Shown: piece by piece, positions 9,696 to 20,488 of the stretch
Numbering within the stretch: the first letter of the stretch is position 1
Layout of the letters: each line of letters begins with the position of its first letter
Assembly (NCBI GenBank): GCA_052168235.1
Contig: JBQLZK010000001.1
Coordinates: forward strand, 224,001 to 288,000
Direction of reading: 5' to 3'
DNA: 64,000 nt
Source of the DNA: Thainema sp.
Lineage (GTDB): Bacteria > Cyanobacteriota > Cyanobacteriia > Phormidesmidales > Phormidesmidaceae
Made by a program: the position numbers and the translations under genes
Notes under the pieces: model-generated
The model's database searches: none
Told to the model about the DNA's origin: nothing
The model's input: the letters and a program-made list of their open reading frames with translations, nothing else

Positions 9696-10370
9696 CTATT
9701 CCAGAGGCGCTAGCTTGTATCCCATGCCGTATACCGTTTGTAGCCAGTCTTCTGCCTGTAAGGTCTGCAATCGCTGACGCACACGATGCACCAGCGTAGC
9801 GACGGCTTTACTTTCGGGCATCGTGTCCCACTCCCATAGCGCCTGCTCAATTTGGTCGCGGCTGAGTACCTGGCGGGGATGTCGCATCAGATATTCCATG
9901 AGCTGAAATTCGCGACCGGACAGAACAATCTGCTGGGCTTGCCGCTCCAGCACGAGCGTATCAAGGTGGAGCTGCAAATCCTCAAGCTGTAAGACATCAC
10001 CCTGCCAGATCGGCGCACGACGCCCCAAGGCCCGCACCCGCGCCAGCAGTTCCAATCCATTAATCGGTTTCACTAAATAATCGTCTGCACCGACGTCTAA
10101 CCCAGTCACCTTATCTGAGATCGCATCTTTGGCGGTCAAAATCAGCACGGGTGCCGTCCCACCGGATTGTCGATACAGTTCACACAGCCGAATACCGCTC
10201 ACTTCTGGCAGCAGCCAATCCAAAATCAGCAGATCATAATTGCGATCGCAGATTAACTGTTGAGCAGTAGCCCCATTATCAATGCCGTCTACCACATGTC
10301 CCGATTTAGTCAAAATGGCATGCAGGGGTTCGAGCTGTTCTGGATCATCTTCAACCAGCAGGATTCTCAT
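9696..10370 (-). CDS. OmpR-family response regulator (RppA-like)
   Basis: MRILLVEDD, LILDWLLP, GADDYLVKP; winged-helix end TVYGMGY. Confidence 0.92.
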   Translation of the reverse strand: MRILLVEDDPEQLEPLHAILTKSGHVVDGIDNGATAQQLICDRNYDLLILDWLLPEVSGIRLCELYRQSGGTAPVLILTAKDAISDKVTGLDVGADDYLVKPINGLELLARVRALGRRAPIWQGDVLQLEDLQLHLDTLVLERQAQQIVLSGREFQLMEYLMRHPRQVLSRDQIEQALWEWDTMPESKAVATLVHRVRQRLQTLQAEDWLQTVYGMGYKLAPLE

Positions 10371-10469
10371 AGCATTCAGTAACGGATTCTGAATCAGTGC
10401 AGTTTTCAATGCAGTTCCATTGGTGCCGCCCGATTAGCCTTATTGTAGAGATTTCAGGAGGGGATAACG

Positions 10470-10895
10470 ATGTGGTTTGATCTAAATCTGCGATCGCGTT
10501 TTCGTCGGTTAAATATTCGATATCTTAGCCAACTACATCTTGGCCAATTACGAATTTGGTTCCTTCTGCCAGTAGTTGGACTCGTGGTTTGGTTAAGCGC
10601 CGGATTGCTGTCGCAACAGGTCTTGTCCTACAGCTACGAAATCTCAACACAGCTCCAGTCAGAACAGCCACAGGTGGAACTGACTTGGCAGGTAACGGTC
10701 GTTGCCATTGAAGCGGCCATTGATCGACGTGAAGGAGCCACAGAAGTAACGGTGAGAACCGCTCATCCAGTGCTGAAAGAACTGGAGTTAGATTTACCTG
10801 TAATTGAATTTGCTGAGATTGAAACGGCTCTCGCCACAGAACTGCGCTTGCCCCAAACCACAATTAAACAACTGGTTCGCTATCGGCTTGATTAG
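10470..10895 (+). CDS. Hypothetical membrane-anchored protein
   Basis: RBS GGAGG, one hydrophobic segment, 141 aa. Confidence 0.7.
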   Translation: MWFDLNLRSRFRRLNIRYLSQLHLGQLRIWFLLPVVGLVVWLSAGLLSQQVLSYSYEISTQLQSEQPQVELTWQVTVVAIEAAIDRREGATEVTVRTAHPVLKELELDLPVIEFAEIETALATELRLPQTTIKQLVRYRLD

Positions 10896-10939
10896 GTGGT
10901 ACTTCTCAACCTGTCATGATTGTTGTATGTAGCTACTTA

Positions 10940-11032
10940 TATAGCGGTTCTAGATAAGAACGAGAGAGGAGAGTGCCTCAGGCTGAGGCACTCTCCTCTC
11001 TCGTTCTCTCACTCTTAACTGGAATCACTATA
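10940..11032 (-). mobile_element. 93-bp TATAG...CTATA hairpin mini-element, family A copy 2
   Basis: Reverse complement of 7177-7269 with about 7 differences, including compensatory stem changes. Confidence 0.75.
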
Positions 11033-11192
11033 AGTCTGTAAATCTGAAGCTTAGGCTAGATGCTTGATGTAAGCCGAAACGGGTAGGATTTAGCTTGTTT
11101 TCTATATTAATGCGTGGTTTAAAGCCACTACGAATGCTCGATGGCTACAATCCGAGTATTAAAAGCCGTTTTAGAAATTTCTAGTCGATAAT

Positions 11193-12791
11193 ATGCAAAC
11201 CCTGGAAACCCCTGTCACGCAGCGCATCCAACTCTTTCGACAGCTTCAGACCCAACTGCGGGAGCGTTGGCAAACCATTGAGCAGTTTGATCGCAGCGAT
11301 TGTGACATTTTGATTGTGCCGTCCTTGAGTTTGGATCAGGAGGAACTAACCAAAATCAAGGGGATTTGCTATTACGAAGAGCGGCTGTTGTTCTCACTGA
11401 TTCGGCTCCGCAATCCCCGCACGCGGTTAATCTACGTGACATCACAGCCGATTCATCCCAGCATTATTGATTACTACTTAGAGCTGCTACACGGGATCCC
11501 CTTTTCCCACGCCCGTGATCGCCTGATGCTGTTATCGGCCTATGACACTTCACCGCGATCGCTGAGTGAAAAAATTCTCGAGCGCCCCCGCTTAATTGAG
11601 CGAATTCGGCGTTCGCTGCGGCGCGATCGCGCTTATATGGTTTGCTTTAATTCCACCCAGCTAGAACGAGAACTATCGATTGAATTGAATCTACCGCTCT
11701 ATGCGCTCGATCCGGATTTGCTGGAGTTGGGCACCAAAAGCGGCAGTCGCGCCATCTTTGCTGAAAGCGGCATTCCTCATCCCGATGGTAGTCATCTCGT
11801 TCACACTGCTCAGGATTTGGCGGTCGAGACGAGTAAGCTCTGGGAGCGTCAGCCCCACTTGCAGCGGATTGTGGTCAAGCTCGATGAGGGATTTTCTGGT
11901 CAGGGCAATGCGCTGATGAATTTGCAACCGCTAGCTCATGTCGCACCGCATCAAGTGTCTCATAAGGAGCGAGTGGCTGAAATTTTACCCGCATTTGAAC
12001 ATTTAAGTTTTCAATCTGACACCGAAACTTGGCAGCATTTTGGCGGACGTATTCCCGAACTCGGTGCGATCGCAGAAGCGTTTATAGAAGGAGACCAAAA
12101 GCGATCGCCTAGTGTTCAGGGCCGGATTACGCCGGTGGGCGACGTGGAAATCCTGTCTACTCATGACCAGATTTTAGGCGGCCCCGATGGTCAAATTTTC
12201 TTGGGCTGCTCGTTTCCAGCGGATGAAGCTTATCGGCTATCGCTGCAAAAAATGGGGATGCGAGTTGGGCAAACTCTCGCAGACAAAGGTGCTCTGGGTC
12301 GCTATAGCGTTGATTTTCTAGCGATTCCTCGACAAGATGGCAATCGGACGGAGTGGGATTTACAGGCAATTGAAATCAACTTACGCATGGGCGGCACGAC
12401 GCATCCTTTCATGGCGCTGAAGCTGTTGACGAATGGTCGCTATGAGCCGTCAACGGGGCTGTTCTACAATCAGCAAGGCCATCCCAAATACTACATCGCC
12501 TCTGACAACTTGCAGAAAGAGCGCTATCGGGGACTGCTGCCCAGCGATCTGATGGACATCATGGTGGAACATCAGCTTCACTTCAATACGGGCACCGAAA
12601 CGGGATCTGTTTTCCACCTGATCGGCTGTCTGTCGGAGTTTGGCAAATTGGGCTTGACTAGTATCGGCAACTCACCCCAGCAGGCCGAGGATTTGTATAA
12701 CCAAATTATTCAAGTTCTCGACGACGAAACGCGATCGCAACGGCCAATCGATGCCGCCAATCCTCACAATTGTCTCGGTTGGAATGCCTAA
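11193..12791 (+). CDS. PGM1-related ATP-grasp peptide/carboxylate-amine ligase
   Basis: YEERLLF.LIRL pre-ATP-grasp region, GTKSGSR..F, VVKL.EGFSG.GN, SPSVQ, STHDQ.LGG, EINLR.GGTTHP. Confidence 0.8.
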   Translation: MQTLETPVTQRIQLFRQLQTQLRERWQTIEQFDRSDCDILIVPSLSLDQEELTKIKGICYYEERLLFSLIRLRNPRTRLIYVTSQPIHPSIIDYYLELLHGIPFSHARDRLMLLSAYDTSPRSLSEKILERPRLIERIRRSLRRDRAYMVCFNSTQLERELSIELNLPLYALDPDLLELGTKSGSRAIFAESGIPHPDGSHLVHTAQDLAVETSKLWERQPHLQRIVVKLDEGFSGQGNALMNLQPLAHVAPHQVSHKERVAEILPAFEHLSFQSDTETWQHFGGRIPELGAIAEAFIEGDQKRSPSVQGRITPVGDVEILSTHDQILGGPDGQIFLGCSFPADEAYRLSLQKMGMRVGQTLADKGALGRYSVDFLAIPRQDGNRTEWDLQAIEINLRMGGTTHPFMALKLLTNGRYEPSTGLFYNQQGHPKYYIASDNLQKERYRGLLPSDLMDIMVEHQLHFNTGTETGSVFHLIGCLSEFGKLGLTSIGNSPQQAEDLYNQIIQVLDDETRSQRPIDAANPHNCLGWNA

Positions 12792-12986
12792 CGGTTGTAA
12801 TAGCAATTGGGCCGCCATATCGCGGCGACCCAGTTGCGCTTAGTTTGAGTAAAAAGTCAGAGTCTATTGATATCTGCTGCGATTCTCTATTTTTGAATGC
12901 CTGGCTTGGATGTGTACTATAAAGATTGAACAAACGTTAAGTAAATCTTTAGTCGCTGCTGTTAGCCAACGCGAGTAGGTATTTTC

Positions 12987-15200
12987 ATGACCGCAACCCC
13001 ATCCACATCTCCAACTACGATGCCTGACTTCTGCACAGGAATTCAATACTTTGGAGACGTTCCACCTCAGTTTGAAAAGTATGGTCAAACTCCAGTCATT
13101 GCTGAAGGCCAAACTGCGATCGCAGATCCGACTGACACCGCAGCCGTTTATCAAACCCTACTCGCTGCCGATGCCCTGCGCTATCTAACCCTTCAGGTAA
13201 CAGCTAGCAAGGCGTCTGGCCACCCTGGTGGTTTTGCCAGTTCGGTGGAAGCCTATGTGTCGTTACTGATGCTGGGCCACAAGAATATCAATACCGAAGT
13301 CGGCCACCACGCACCGGGCTTCTACAGCGCCATGTTCATGGATCGCTCCCTGGAAGACATGGAGATCAGCACCGTCCAGCAGTTGCGCGATCGCTTCCGG
13401 GAAAAGCATGGTTTGTTGGGCCACTTGTCGGGCTATATCCCCGGTATTTTGGCTCCGGCTGGCCCACTCGGTCAGGGACAACATTTTGCAATGGCCTCGG
13501 CGCTGCTGCATCAGGGCACGCTGTTTCCCTTTACCCTGGGAGACGGTGGCCTGGGTGAACCCTACATCATGAGCGGCATTGGCCATTTCCATACGGCCTA
13601 TCCGCAGGTGACGAACTTCCTGCCCGTCTTGGTCTGGAACGGCTACAGCCAAGAGCACCACAGCATGGTGTCCACCCAATCCAACGAGCACATGATTGCC
13701 TACTGGAAAGGCAACGGCTTTGACAACGTGATTTTGGTGGATGCCAAAGACTACGACGACCAAGATCAGCCGGGAGCCTACGTAGACAGCACTACCTTCT
13801 CATTCGAAAAGCGCATGGAGTTTACCCAAGCGGTTCTCAGCGCCGCCGACCAAGCGGCAAAATCGGCTCTGGGTGGTCAGCTGACAGTCTTCATCATCAA
13901 ACAGCTCAAAGGCGCAGGCGTTCACGATCGTGGTTCTAAATCCCATAACCTCTACGCCCACCACACGCTGGACAATCCCGATATTATCGCCGCACTAAAA
14001 ACTCGCGCTCTGCCTGCTGATGCATGGCAGCTTGTCCGCACCAATCTAGAACGCGCTGGCGGCGGCCCAGCCGCTAAGGTTGCCACCACGGAATCCACTC
14101 GTTCGTTACCAGAACTGAACGATATTCCGATGGAAGAGTATGCGCTGGGTGGTGAACCGAAAGTCGCAACCACCGCCATGGGACAGATGATCGCAGAAGT
14201 CGGAAAACGCGATCGCAGTTTTGTCTTAACCAATGCGGACGGCAATGCCGCATCGGGCATCAACAATGTCAACCAGGCGCTGAAGATCATTCACCCCACC
14301 GTTGACGAAACCTACTTTCAGCAGCCTCAAGGCCAGGTTTACGAACCACTGAGTGAAGATGCTTGTGCCGGATTAGCTGCAGGTTTGGCGCTGATGGGTG
14401 GCCGCACCGTCTGGTGTTCCTATGAATCCTTTGCCGTGAACGGTCTACCGATTTGGCAAACCGTAACCCAGGCAATGGCCGAACTGCGCCGTCCCACACC
14501 GTCTACAGTAACGCTGTTTACCGCTGGAGCACTGGAGCAGGGCCGTAACGGTTGGACACACCAGCGGCCTGAAATCGAAGCCTATTTCGCGGCCATGATG
14601 CGAAATGGCAACATTTTTCCGCTATTCCCACCCGATGCCAACAGCATTCAGGCTTGCTACGAGTGGGCATTGAAAACTCGCAATAAGGGGGTCGTGATTA
14701 CGGCTAGCAAATCACCGCTGCCGATTCGCACCACCTTTGATCAAACGCGGCAGGCACTAGAAGATGGAGCAGTAAAGCTGCAAGAAATTGCGGGTGAAAA
14801 AACGGTTGTCTTTGCGGTGATTGGTGACATGACGCTGCTGCCTGTGTTTGAGGCAGCTGCCTTCTTAGAAACCGAAGGAATTGGGGTACGGATTGTGTCA
14901 ATTGTCAGTCCCCGTCGCCTGTTCCGCCCTTCAGATGTAGCCTGGGATACCTGCGCTGAGTCCGATGGCGGCTTTTTGAGCGATGAAAAATTCGAGCAAC
15001 TTTTTGGTGGAGATGCTTTAGTTGGCGTAACGGGGGGTGCAAGTGCTACGCTAGAGCCAGTAATGCTTCGCAGTTCAGCTCGTCGAGATGTATTTGCCTG
15101 GAAACGGGGTGAAACGACCGCTAGCGCGGGTCAAATCATGAGTTTCAACGGTATCACAGCGGATGCTTTGACGAAGCGAGCGATTGAACTGCTTCACTAA
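12987..15200 (+). CDS. Phosphoketolase, cyanobacterial short type (TPP-dependent)
   Basis: SGHPGG, GHHAPG, GPLGQG, TPP motif GDGG...N, EPLSEDAC, RNGWTHQ. Confidence 0.85.
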   Translation: MTATPSTSPTTMPDFCTGIQYFGDVPPQFEKYGQTPVIAEGQTAIADPTDTAAVYQTLLAADALRYLTLQVTASKASGHPGGFASSVEAYVSLLMLGHKNINTEVGHHAPGFYSAMFMDRSLEDMEISTVQQLRDRFREKHGLLGHLSGYIPGILAPAGPLGQGQHFAMASALLHQGTLFPFTLGDGGLGEPYIMSGIGHFHTAYPQVTNFLPVLVWNGYSQEHHSMVSTQSNEHMIAYWKGNGFDNVILVDAKDYDDQDQPGAYVDSTTFSFEKRMEFTQAVLSAADQAAKSALGGQLTVFIIKQLKGAGVHDRGSKSHNLYAHHTLDNPDIIAALKTRALPADAWQLVRTNLERAGGGPAAKVATTESTRSLPELNDIPMEEYALGGEPKVATTAMGQMIAEVGKRDRSFVLTNADGNAASGINNVNQALKIIHPTVDETYFQQPQGQVYEPLSEDACAGLAAGLALMGGRTVWCSYESFAVNGLPIWQTVTQAMAELRRPTPSTVTLFTAGALEQGRNGWTHQRPEIEAYFAAMMRNGNIFPLFPPDANSIQACYEWALKTRNKGVVITASKSPLPIRTTFDQTRQALEDGAVKLQEIAGEKTVVFAVIGDMTLLPVFEAAAFLETEGIGVRIVSIVSPRRLFRPSDVAWDTCAESDGGFLSDEKFEQLFGGDALVGVTGGASATLEPVMLRSSARRDVFAWKRGETTASAGQIMSFNGITADALTKRAIELLH

Positions 15201-15637
15201 GTGCATCTAGATTTTGAAGACTCTTTCAGTCTTACGAGACAATCCAATCTAGGTTTTCATCCTGAGTGAATCCTGAGAGTTGATCAGGATATCGGTTTCT
15301 AACTTCCTTGAGGGGTGGGCGGTCACGCTCACCTTTTTTTGTCTTTCACCGGATTAGCATTGTTTAATCTGGAATTGCAAATTGATCATCCCGCTGGCTG
15401 AGCTGAATTAAGTAAGCTGTCGCCCCAGTCCTGCTTGTATGATGCCCATTTTTGATCAGTATTCGATCAGGTCATGCAACTCAACAGCAAAAGGGATTGC
15501 ACATCCATAACGTGGTAGTACAATCCCTTTTAGGCCTCGGATTCACAAGATATCGGCTCAGTATTGAGCGTCGGGCTTCTGAGTGAAACTAAAACTCGAT
15601 TTCAGATGTAGCTTCCTCAAAACGAACAGTCGGTTAG

Positions 15638-17023
15638 TTATCGTCCGCCGACCACAACATTTTGAATTCGTACCGGAGGGCCACCCACGCTGACGGGGAG
15701 GGGGGATTGACCGCCCTTGCCGCAACCGCCATTGGTGTAGATGGATTCTTCGCCGATGGCGTCGATATCTTTCAGGGTTTGGAAAACATTGCCACTGAGG
15801 GTGACATCGCTGACGGGTTCAGCAATCTCGCCGTTGCGGATCATGTAGCCCTCTGCCGCCGCAAAAGTGAACATTTCGCCATTGGTTTGTCCACCCAGCA
15901 TCCGAACCGCGTAGACACCTTCGTCGATTTCGCTAATCATGTCGTGAACCGAGCGATCGCCTGACGCGATCCCCGTATTCGTCATTCGCACAATCGGCGG
16001 ATAAGTGGCGCTGAGGGCGCGGGCATTCCCCGTTGGTCGCTCCTGCATTTTGCCAGCCGTTTCGCGATTGTGCAGTCGCTGGGTCAAAACGCCGTTTTGG
16101 ATCAGATACTTGCGCTGAGCTGGAACTCCCTCATCGTCGTATTTTAGTGACCCTGGCAGATTGGGCATCGTGGCATCGTCCACGACATTGAGCTGCGGAA
16201 TGGCCACCTGTTTACCCAGCGTCAACAGCTCCTGCATACGGGGATTTTCATAGACAAAGTCGGCCTCTGACAAATGCCCAAATGCCTCATGAATAAAGAC
16301 ACCCGCCAAATAGGGATCGAGAATAACCGTGTATTGACCACCTTTGACAGGCTTAGCTTCAAGCTGACGAATGGCTCGCTGAGCCGCTGCTTCAACTCGG
16401 TCGTCAATGCCCAGCAAAATATCGTAGTCTAAGCGCGAGTGCACCGATTCATAGCCCTGGCGGACAACGCCATCTTCGCCGCGAGCCACCACGCCAAAGC
16501 CGCCCGAAATATCCAGCCGCTCCTGCACAATGCAGCTTCCGGTTGAATTCACGAAATAGGACGTAGCAAAGCGATCGCGATAGCTGGCCATCGTGGTTTG
16601 GATGCGCGGATCGATTTCCAGTAAAAGCTGGTTGTAGCGTTCGACCAACTGCTGCTTTTCACCTAGGCTGATGCCGCGCGGATCGCGACCTAGCTCCACT
16701 TTCACCACATCTTCAATCGGATCAATCTCAGCCAGATAGGTCTTGTCGCTGCCGATCAGCTTTGCCTGCTGAATCGCTTCTTCAATCCGAGACGTTAGCT
16801 CACTCAGCCCATTGAACGTGACAAAGCTCCAGCCTCCCTTATGACAGGCGCGAATGCCGCCCGCCAACCCAAAGCTACGGTTCACCCCATCCAACTGCGG
16901 CCCCCGATAGGCAATGGAACTCGATTCGCTTTGTTCAAGCCGGACTTCCAGATAATCAACCTGACTGCGATATGGCGCGATCGCATCAACAATCTGATCT
17001 TGAATCGAGGTGGTTGTGAGCAT
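15638..17023 (-). CDS. tldD: TldD family metalloprotease
   Basis: HEAFGHLSEAD, DDEG, TGNAR, RMTNT, GCGKGGQ.PLPVSVGGP. Confidence 0.9.
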   Translation of the reverse strand: MLTTTSIQDQIVDAIAPYRSQVDYLEVRLEQSESSSIAYRGPQLDGVNRSFGLAGGIRACHKGGWSFVTFNGLSELTSRIEEAIQQAKLIGSDKTYLAEIDPIEDVVKVELGRDPRGISLGEKQQLVERYNQLLLEIDPRIQTTMASYRDRFATSYFVNSTGSCIVQERLDISGGFGVVARGEDGVVRQGYESVHSRLDYDILLGIDDRVEAAAQRAIRQLEAKPVKGGQYTVILDPYLAGVFIHEAFGHLSEADFVYENPRMQELLTLGKQVAIPQLNVVDDATMPNLPGSLKYDDEGVPAQRKYLIQNGVLTQRLHNRETAGKMQERPTGNARALSATYPPIVRMTNTGIASGDRSVHDMISEIDEGVYAVRMLGGQTNGEMFTFAAAEGYMIRNGEIAEPVSDVTLSGNVFQTLKDIDAIGEESIYTNGGCGKGGQSPLPVSVGGPPVRIQNVVVGGR

Positions 17024-17167
17024 GGGCTAATCCTCGCGAACTGCAAACCTATTTTATCTAGTGTAGTCGGAGAGATTCCGGATTGGGGTAGAGAATCACC
17101 GCTATTCACCCTAAACCCATCCCCTGCAATAATGGGCAGAGCATCTACTGGGTAGGGCAAGACAACT

Positions 17168-18745
17168 ATGCGGAAACCAGTCATCAACCTGCAAAAATTT
17201 GGCTGCAGCATACTGATTTTTTTTCTGATTCATCCACTGGCCAAATCTGCGATCGCACAATTTGCTCTACCAACGGAACAGTTGCCTGCAGCCATCTGCC
17301 CGGATCAGCTTGCAACGGCGATTGAGCCGATTATTCAACAACCACAGCTAGCCCGATCGCGCTGGGGGATTCTCGTTGAAACCCTAGAGGCCAATCCTGA
17401 GGATCGCCAAACGCTCTATGAATTGGAAGCCGATCGCTACTTTATTCCGGCGTCTACGGTCAAACTCATGACCACCGCTGCGGCTCTGCGTATTCTTGGC
17501 TCAGACTTTCACATTCGCACCTCGGTTTATCAAATTCCGACGCGACCCGATCAACTCAGCTATCTAGGTGCAGACGAGGCAGCCCCATCTGAATCTGAGC
17601 CAGCTATTTTGCGGGTGGTCGGTCGTGGCGATCCCAGTTTTGACTCAGCCGATTTGGCTGACTTGGCCCAACAAATCCGAGATCGCACCATTACTCATAT
17701 TGATCAGCTCCAGCTAGACGACACCTATTTTCAGGGGCTGGCCATCCATCCCAACTGGGAATGGGAGGACGTGCAGGCAGGCTATGGAACAGCAGTGAAT
17801 AGCCTGATTCTGAACGAAAATGAAGTGGTGGTGGATCTGCTGCCGCAGTCCATTGGCGAACCGCTCCGGGTGCAGTGGCGCGACCCCAACCAGGCCACCC
17901 AGTGGCAGGTTGAAAACTCCTCCACTACGGTTGCAGCAACCGAGCCAGAATTTGTGCGGGCAGGCCGCAGCTTTCAGCAGCCAATTTTGCAAATTTGGGG
18001 ACAGTTACAGGCAGGTGCGCCGTCAGAAGATGTGTCCGTTTCTGTGTTTGATCCGGTTGAGAATTTTGGACAAGGGCTGGAGCAGGCACTCGCGGAGCAA
18101 GACATCACCGTAGGCCAGATCGTGATAGTAGATGATCCAAACCTGCCGTCCAACAGCCAAGAAATTGCCGCTGTGTCATCCCCACCGCTGCGGGAACTGA
18201 TTACTACGGCGAATCAGCAAAGTAATAACCTGTTTGCCGAAGCTTTACTCCGACATCTCGGTCATTACGTCCTGGCGGCTTCCCCGACGGATTCCACTGC
18301 GGCGGGATTGGAAACTCTCGAAACGGCTTTGACCAATCTTGGGGTTGATCCGACTAGCTATGATATTGCTGATGGTTCTGGCCTCTCGCGGCATAATTTA
18401 GTCAGTCCGGCAGCGCTGGTTGAAACCCTGCAAAATATTGCGGCTTCGCCCGACGCAGAACTGTATCGTCAATCGCTCGCCGTCGCGGGAGAAAGCGGCA
18501 CGTTGCAAAATCGGCTGGCCGATAGTGCGATCGCAGGTCGGCTGTGGGGCAAATCGGGGGCCGTCAGCGGTAATATTTCCCTAGCGGGCTATCTTGAACC
18601 GCCCAATTATGACCCTCTAGCGTTTAGCATTTTGATTAACCAGTCTGATTTGCGGGGCAGCGAACTGCGTCAGGCAATTGATCAAGTGCTCCTGCAACTG
18701 GCGCGGCTGCAAGGGTGTACGGCTGAAGCTGAACCCGCAGATTAA
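17168..18745 (+). CDS. dacB: D-alanyl-D-alanine carboxypeptidase/endopeptidase (PBP4, S13)
   Basis: PASTVK (SxxK), SNN, DGSGLSR, KSG. Confidence 0.92.
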   Translation: MRKPVINLQKFGCSILIFFLIHPLAKSAIAQFALPTEQLPAAICPDQLATAIEPIIQQPQLARSRWGILVETLEANPEDRQTLYELEADRYFIPASTVKLMTTAAALRILGSDFHIRTSVYQIPTRPDQLSYLGADEAAPSESEPAILRVVGRGDPSFDSADLADLAQQIRDRTITHIDQLQLDDTYFQGLAIHPNWEWEDVQAGYGTAVNSLILNENEVVVDLLPQSIGEPLRVQWRDPNQATQWQVENSSTTVAATEPEFVRAGRSFQQPILQIWGQLQAGAPSEDVSVSVFDPVENFGQGLEQALAEQDITVGQIVIVDDPNLPSNSQEIAAVSSPPLRELITTANQQSNNLFAEALLRHLGHYVLAASPTDSTAAGLETLETALTNLGVDPTSYDIADGSGLSRHNLVSPAALVETLQNIAASPDAELYRQSLAVAGESGTLQNRLADSAIAGRLWGKSGAVSGNISLAGYLEPPNYDPLAFSILINQSDLRGSELRQAIDQVLLQLARLQGCTAEAEPAD

Positions 18746-18784
18746 ACCGTTGCTGTTCTGTACGTATTCCTTACCTTATCTCCC

Positions 18785-19885
18785 ATGACGACTACCCTAC
18801 AGCAGCTACAATCCGCTGCCGGAGCTACACTTTCAACGATGGATAATCAAACGGTGCCCACCAGCTTTGGCAACGATGCTGATGCCTGGGCTGCCGTCCA
18901 GTCTGGAGTTGCGATTGCAGATCGTTCTCACTGGGGCCGTATCGAAGTGAGCGACAGCGACCGGATTCGTTTTTTGCATAACCAGTCCACCTACAATTTT
19001 CAATCGCTTCAGCCCGGTAGCGGCTGCGAGACGGTCTTTGTTACCTCCACCGCCCGAACAATTGATTTAGTCACAGCCTACGTGACGAACGAAACCGTCT
19101 GGCTGATCACCGCTCCGGGACACCACCAGAGCCTGATCGAGTTTATGGATCGCTATATCTTTTTTGCCGATAAAGTGACACTGACGGATCGCACGGGCGA
19201 CACGGCACTGTTTAGCCTCATGGGGCCACAAAGTAACGGTTTGCTCAAATCCCTGGGCATAACGCTCACCAGTGACGTAACGCATACTCATCAAACCGTT
19301 GACGTAGATGACATCTCCGTCCGAGTCGCCGTGGGCAATGGCCTAGAGCTACCTGGCTACAACCTAATTGTGGCAGCAGAGCAGGCCGCTGACCTGTGGC
19401 AGCGGTTGACCCATGCCGGAGCCGTGCCGATGGGCGACCAAGTTTGGCAGCAGTTGCGCATCGTCCAAGGTCGCCCACTGCCAGGACATGAACTCACCGA
19501 AGACTATAATCCTTTAGAAGCGAGCCTCTGGCACACGATCTCATTTGAGAAAGGCTGCTACATTGGCCAAGAAACGATTGCGCGGCTCAATACCTATCAA
19601 GGCGTAAAACTACAGCTTTGGGGCATCCAGTTCGAGAGAGATGGCGATGGCGATGGAAATGCGATCGCATCTGAACAATCCCCCATCTGGCACGACGGTC
19701 AAAAAGTCGGCCTCCTCACCAGCGTAACCCGCACACCAGACGGCATCCGCGGCCTCGCCTACATCCGCACCAAAGCCGGTGGTGTTGGCCTGACCGTCCA
19801 CGTCGGCGAAACCGCAGAATCTGCGATCGCAGGCACAATCGTCAATGTCCCCTACTTATCCCACGGTTACCTAAACCCAACTTAA
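18785..19885 (+). CDS. ygfZ: Folate-binding protein YgfZ
   Basis: KGCYIGQETIARL signature in a GcvT-like fold. Confidence 0.9.
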   Translation: MTTTLQQLQSAAGATLSTMDNQTVPTSFGNDADAWAAVQSGVAIADRSHWGRIEVSDSDRIRFLHNQSTYNFQSLQPGSGCETVFVTSTARTIDLVTAYVTNETVWLITAPGHHQSLIEFMDRYIFFADKVTLTDRTGDTALFSLMGPQSNGLLKSLGITLTSDVTHTHQTVDVDDISVRVAVGNGLELPGYNLIVAAEQAADLWQRLTHAGAVPMGDQVWQQLRIVQGRPLPGHELTEDYNPLEASLWHTISFEKGCYIGQETIARLNTYQGVKLQLWGIQFERDGDGDGNAIASEQSPIWHDGQKVGLLTSVTRTPDGIRGLAYIRTKAGGVGLTVHVGETAESAIAGTIVNVPYLSHGYLNPT

Positions 19886-19889
19886 ATTT

Positions 19890-19915
19890 TCCTAACCTAG
19901 CTGACTACAGCCATA
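19890..19915 (-). repeat. Truncated family-B mini-element end
   Basis: Reverse complement TATGGCTGTAGTCAGCTAGGTTAGGA matches 20489-20514 at 25/26. Confidence 0.7.
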
Positions 19916-19987
19916 ACATTGTGTAGGGGCGTTAGCACATCATGCCCGAAGGCTATATGGCTATTCACCCCTACCAAACTCTGAATT

Positions 19988-20386
19988 TTACAATTCCGTT
20001 AACAGCGCATTTAGCCGACTCACCAACTGCTGTCGCTGCCCTAAACACGCCGCCTGATACGCCGCCACAATCTCAGCCACCAACCTCATCTCCACCGCAT
20101 CCACTGACGCCTGCGACGGATACGTCCAGTACAGCTCTGGATGTCGATCCGGCTGAAAAATCTGATTTGTAATGGTCTTAAACAATTCTTCATCCAGCGG
20201 TTCATCTGCCTTTAGCTGCTCACAGTAAGCCGCTGATTCCGCAGCACTCGGTTCCACCGTTTCCAACTGACTCGCACCGTTGCGATGAATACGGGTCGTA
20301 AACGCCTCCCCAGTCAGCTCAGCCATCAGTTGGCTCTTGGCCTTAAACCGAATCAAAGAGCGAGTGGGATATAAACCGCGCAACAT
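19988..20386 (-). CDS. Hypothetical protein
   Basis: 132-aa ORF with an AAGGAG RBS; no family recognised. Confidence 0.6.
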   Translation of the reverse strand: MLRGLYPTRSLIRFKAKSQLMAELTGEAFTTRIHRNGASQLETVEPSAAESAAYCEQLKADEPLDEELFKTITNQIFQPDRHPELYWTYPSQASVDAVEMRLVAEIVAAYQAACLGQRQQLVSRLNALLTEL

Positions 20387-20488
20387 GGGAACTCCTTGCT
20401 TTCGCTGTCGGAACGATTTTGGTTATTTTATGGCAAAGTGTCTCTAAGAGTACAATCAAAGTGGAAAAATCGGCATCTGTCTTGGGTT

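Noticed and set aside
11193..17023. RiPP cluster of PGM1-like ligase plus TldD
   Set aside because: No precursor peptide, transporter or TldE partner; the genes are on opposite strands and separated by phosphoketolase.
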